64,000 nucleotides of DNA from the human T2T-CHM13v2.0 reference genome, Homo sapiens. Shown one piece after another: positions 59,752-64,000 of this stretch; within the stretch, counting starts at the first letter, position 1, and each line of letters opens with the position of its first letter. The stretch lies in assembly GCF_009914755.1 (NCBI RefSeq), contig NC_060926.1; one strand, given 5' to 3'. The position numbers and the translations under genes were made by a program. The notes beneath the pieces are model-generated. The model was not told where the DNA came from. It did no database searches and saw only the letters and a list, made by a program, of their open reading frames with translations.

Positions 59752-61640
59752 TCTTCAGAAACAGTGAACGCCAAAAAGAACTCAAGATATTCTGGGGACT
59801 GAGCATATGAACCTGTTCATAACAAAGGCTGTGACTCGAAATAATTAACTTTGTCAAAATCCTGCTCACAATTTGAAGATGAAACTTGTCATTAGGTTGG
59901 CGGGAATGAGACTAAAGATTGCGCTGTGGGCTGTGGTCACGTGCTCCCAGAAGACCTGGAATTCAAAAGAAATGGAGCTATTCTTTTTCTCCCTCTTTCA
60001 TAACTGGATGCAGCTGCTCATACTCAATCCCATATTCAGCAAGTGTGAAGCTGGACGTGATGCAAAATAACCGATGCCCTACAAAAAGGGCGCATCTTTA
60101 AGAGTTTTAATGCCAGTGCTTAATTCGAATGAGGGGATTTTAAGTGTCTGAAGAGGCATTTTCTAGGGACCAGTGGGTGACTGAGTAACTGAAATGCTGC
60201 TTTCACTCCCTAACACCATGGATCTGGTTGTGCATAGGATGTGGGAGGAGGGGCTGGCAGGGCCGCCTTCAGAGGCTGCAGGGCCTCAGCCTCAGGATGC
60301 ATTTAATGTATCCTGGCCACAGTTGCAGCCAACGGTTCTTGAAAGCTCGGTAAGGCCCTGCAACGCAGAGCCTGCTTATGTGGATCTATTTATGGGAACT
60401 TCTTAAAAGGACCCCAGAATAGCTCTTTATCTTTCACAAGAGACACAAATTCTAATTGAGTTAATTATCTGGGCCTTTCACTTTGGATGCTCTGAAACAT
60501 TTGTTGATTTTGTGTGAATGTTTATATCAAAATGTTTGCCAGGTTGTATTAGCCATTGAATAGCAAAAAACTGATAGTTACTTGCTTGTTTTTTAAAAAT
60601 TACATATTAAAAATGCCCTTGGCATAAGGCAGCATGGTGTGGCAGTTAAGAGATGGGCTGTGCAGCCCATCCTGAGCTCCAGTCCTGAGTTTGCTACTTA
60701 CTTCTGTGGCCTCTGGAACCTTATCCAACCTCTTGGTGCTTCAGTTTCCTCATCTGTGAAATTAGAATTTATAATAATTGCACCTACCTCCCAGGGGTAA
60801 CTAAATGAATAAATATAATAAAGTACTTACAGTGGTTCCTGACACAGACTCAGCACTCCGTCAGTGTTGCCATGACTATTTTTATTATCATTATTAATGA
60901 TTACTTAGATCAATTATTTAGCAGTGGACTAATGGAAGCTACAGAGCAGGGAAGGGAAGCAGATCTAGGGAGGAAGGCAGTTTTGATTTGAGGAGGTTTG
61001 CACATGTAGAGAAGCATACTGGAGAAGCATATCCAGAGGGCGAAAGATATCTCTCCATTGTGCATCTGCCTCTTTTGACGTTGGAAGACACATGTCTTAC
61101 CCCCCAAAGGGAGCCCAGCACTGGGAGCCTTCTTGATGATCTCAAAAATAATAGCTATTCAAGAAAATCACCAAGTGACTGTGAAACCGTCAGTTCGGAA
61201 GGCTGGTTAGAACATGTGGGAGCAACATGAATGTTCTACAAAAGTTTAAAGCAGAGATTGTTTCAAATGGGTGTAGTAGATATTACTGAAAACCAAAAAA
61301 GAGTGAGATTGTCAGTGTAAGAATGTGATTTAATGTTTGTAGTGCTTACAATTTTGTGTACCAACTGGATGACTAAAAAGAGTAAAATAATTTAATTAAT
61401 AGCTCATATTTTATGTGTGAAAACATGTTAGTGAACATATATAATCAAAATAGATTTCATTGCTATTGCATAGTCTCTAATACATAGAATGATTTTGCTT
61501 TTCTCTTTTATTATACTTGCTTTAAAATACTTGAAATATATTTTGCATTAAATGCATTTCAAGTTAAATGTCTTAAATGTATACATTAGATGTGTGTTTT
61601 AAAATGCATAAAACACGTTGAAATACATTAATGAACCATT
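59752..61640 (+). other. IL18R1: IL18R1 3' UTR (end approximate), with candidate PAS ATTAAA 60606, AATAAA 60808 and 60817, ATTAAA 61547, CATAAA 61607
   Basis: Sequence downstream of the stop; hexamers read directly; AU-rich distal segment. Confidence 0.65.
60627..60870 (+). mobile_element. MIR within the IL18R1 3' UTR
   Basis: aggcagcatggtgtggcagttaagag...gcttcagtttcctcatctgtgaaat...cacctacctcccagggg...cctgacacagac. Confidence 0.85.
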
Positions 61641-64000
61641 AGTCTAATGCCTTTATTTTTGAAATATCATGACGTCTTTTTCACTTACTTTAAGATTCCA
61701 ATTCCTCGTTCTTAACATAGACTCCTACCTGTTTTAATAGAATATGGGCCATTCAAAATGAATTCATGCACCTCTCTCTTTTTAAATGTCAAATTGCCTT
61801 GCACCTACCTTCTTGTTTCACACCTTCCATCCAGGAGCAAACTAATTCTCTTCTGTTTCTCACAAGCCACTCAATACTAAACACAGGGACTTATACATGG
61901 TAAGTCTTCATATGTCAGTTAATTAATGGGCATATTTTAAAATTCTGGTTTAAACATTCCCCAACCAGGACCAACAAATAACTTTTCAGGTATAAAACAG
62001 CTTTCTTTTCCATGGTTCAGATGCCCTTAAACTGTGAAGTCTATTTTAGAGAATCAGCACAACTACCTTTCTAGGGCACGTGAAGAAACACCTCTTACAT
62101 GTCTGTCATGTCCTAGAAGCATTTACTCATTAGAGCTATATCTTCTCAAAGCAGTGAGAAGCCTTAGGCCCCACGTATTCCAAACCCAGGAACTTGAGGC
62201 ATGGTAAGTCCAGGGACTTGGTCACAGTTGCACACGAGCGGTCTGACCAGGTTGGCACAGGATGGCGTACGGCCTCCTCTTGGAGATGAGCATCTTGGAG
62301 GCTGCAGGCACTTTTCTGGGGCCGACAATTTAGGCTAAGAGGGCCTAGGGCAGGGGCCTGCGGAGGGGAAGCGGGCTGTCTAGGACTGGCTCTGAGGAGG
62401 AAAAGAGAGTGAGAGGGATGCTCAGGATTCCTTATAAGCCATTAAAAACAAATAGGCATTCAAGTTCAGTGCAGGGTGAAAGAGCACAATTGATGGAGCA
62501 CATCCGCCCACTGTGGCCTCTGCTGAGATACAGAGAGTTAGAACCTCCGGCATCTGCTAGGAGCCCCCGGCCTGTGTTGAGGCAAATGACTCGCCAGTTG
62601 GGTTTGCTGGGGCTCTCAGCGAGGAGCAGAAAGGAGACAGTTGTCCAAAGAGAGGACATTAGCAAAATCAGTGCCCCAAACCAAGTTGAATCATAGCTGT
62701 AAATACTCAGAGGAATTAACCTGTCACCTTGGTCTGAAGTTCAGCTGTGAGGGAGGGGACCCAGGGTTAGCAGAAGCCATCTGAGCAGAAGCTGCTCTGA
62801 GCAGTGTGACCTTAAGCAATGCAAGGATCTTCAAAGAGTGACCAAGCCACAGACCTAACAGGAAACTCATGGGCAGGACACAGGGCCCTCCAGCCCCACC
62901 TGCGTGCCATGCTGATAGTGATCACAGTCCAGGCTGGGAGCTTAAGACCAACACCCAGATTTCTGTGTGAGACTTTTGAAAATTTTTATCTCCTTCTGGC
63001 ATATAACTCGCGGGTGCACAGACACACCGGGAGAACACCATACCTCATTTACGTGATTGCTACAATTTGATGTGTGTGTTTAATAATTAATAGTGAACAT
63101 GTTAACTGACTTTCAAATAGTGGCTTGGGAGTCTTGGGGTTCCTCAGAGGTGACTCAGGGACCATCCTGGATGGTGGAATGGAAAATTGGAGAACATGGG
63201 AGCTGGGCTCCTGGATCTTCCCTTTCACCTCACTGCTCCCACCCCCTCCACATACCACAACTAGAGCCACACTGCTTTTATCCATATTGTATGTTGAGGA
63301 CTCACATAACATTTTATTTAACAGAACAGAATACTTCCGAGGAGGTCATGGTTTAGATACAATGAATATAATTCTTTCTAGCCAGTTTAAACAGAAATCA
63401 TTACAGAATTATTTGGAGAGATGAAGAAACGGACTCTAGGCTCCTCTTCCAGGGATGTCTTCCAAAGTCATATGAAAAACCTAGGCTGCCAAATAGAGCT
63501 GTTGATCTTGCCACAACCAGAAAGAAATCTGTGCAACCAGGAAGCTCTTGCTGCAGCTGCCAGCTCCAGAAACAGATAGGCTGAAGTCTAAGTTGACTGA
63601 GAGCCATCTAATATGGAATTGTTGATTGAGAAGGCCAATTGTGCACCTAACTGAGACTGCCAGGAGCAGCAGCTTTGAGTGGCAGTCTTAACAGGAGGTG
63701 AGGCGGGGCACTGCCATTCAAACATTGGTAGAAATGGCACTGCAGGCGCCACCTTCTGATCTAAGCCTTTTGCTTTAGATGTTCTCCAAGTGAACACTAT
63801 TAAGATGAGAGATGAGACAATAGCAGAGCACAGAGGTCAGTAAGTCAATGCCTTAGGCCTAGAGTTTTTTCTCCAGAAGAACATTTGGCTCTGGTTACTT
63901 GCACGTGGGCCTGACGAGAAACCATCTTGGTCATAGGGTGACCTTGGAAAGAAACAGACTAAGGCCACTTATATTGGGTTTTATACCACTTATAACCAGA

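Overview
Human (or near-identical great-ape) genomic DNA from the chr2q12 IL-1 receptor cluster. It holds two tandem + strand genes, reconstructed exon by exon from GT-AG junctions and reading frame. IL1RL1 (ST2, IL-33 receptor) is present from exon 2 onward, with its promoters upstream of the window: CDS 548..14200, 556 aa ST2L, plus the 328 aa soluble sST2 read-through tail and the 259 aa ST2V cassette exon. IL18R1 is complete: CpG-island exon 1 at ~19147-19264 and CDS 25525..59751, 541 aa. Both CDSs are intact. The rest is intronic or intergenic DNA with Alu, L1, L2, MIR, MaLR (THE1/MST/MLT1), ERV1 LTR and hAT (MER1A, MER58A) relics, microsatellites and a ~1.44 kb composite AT-rich minisatellite between the genes. 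I see no foreign or wholly new gene system. The most interesting signals are in isoform and regulatory architecture: identical intron phases in the two genes (in-frame chimeras possible), L2-derived poly(A) signals that make or could make decoy receptors, a NAGNAG acceptor, an exact 30-nt duplicate of a splice donor, a perfect 17-bp hairpin, and tandem STAT5/GATA and GATA/T-box/IRF motif clusters. Repeat subfamily names and boundaries were assigned by eye and are approximate.
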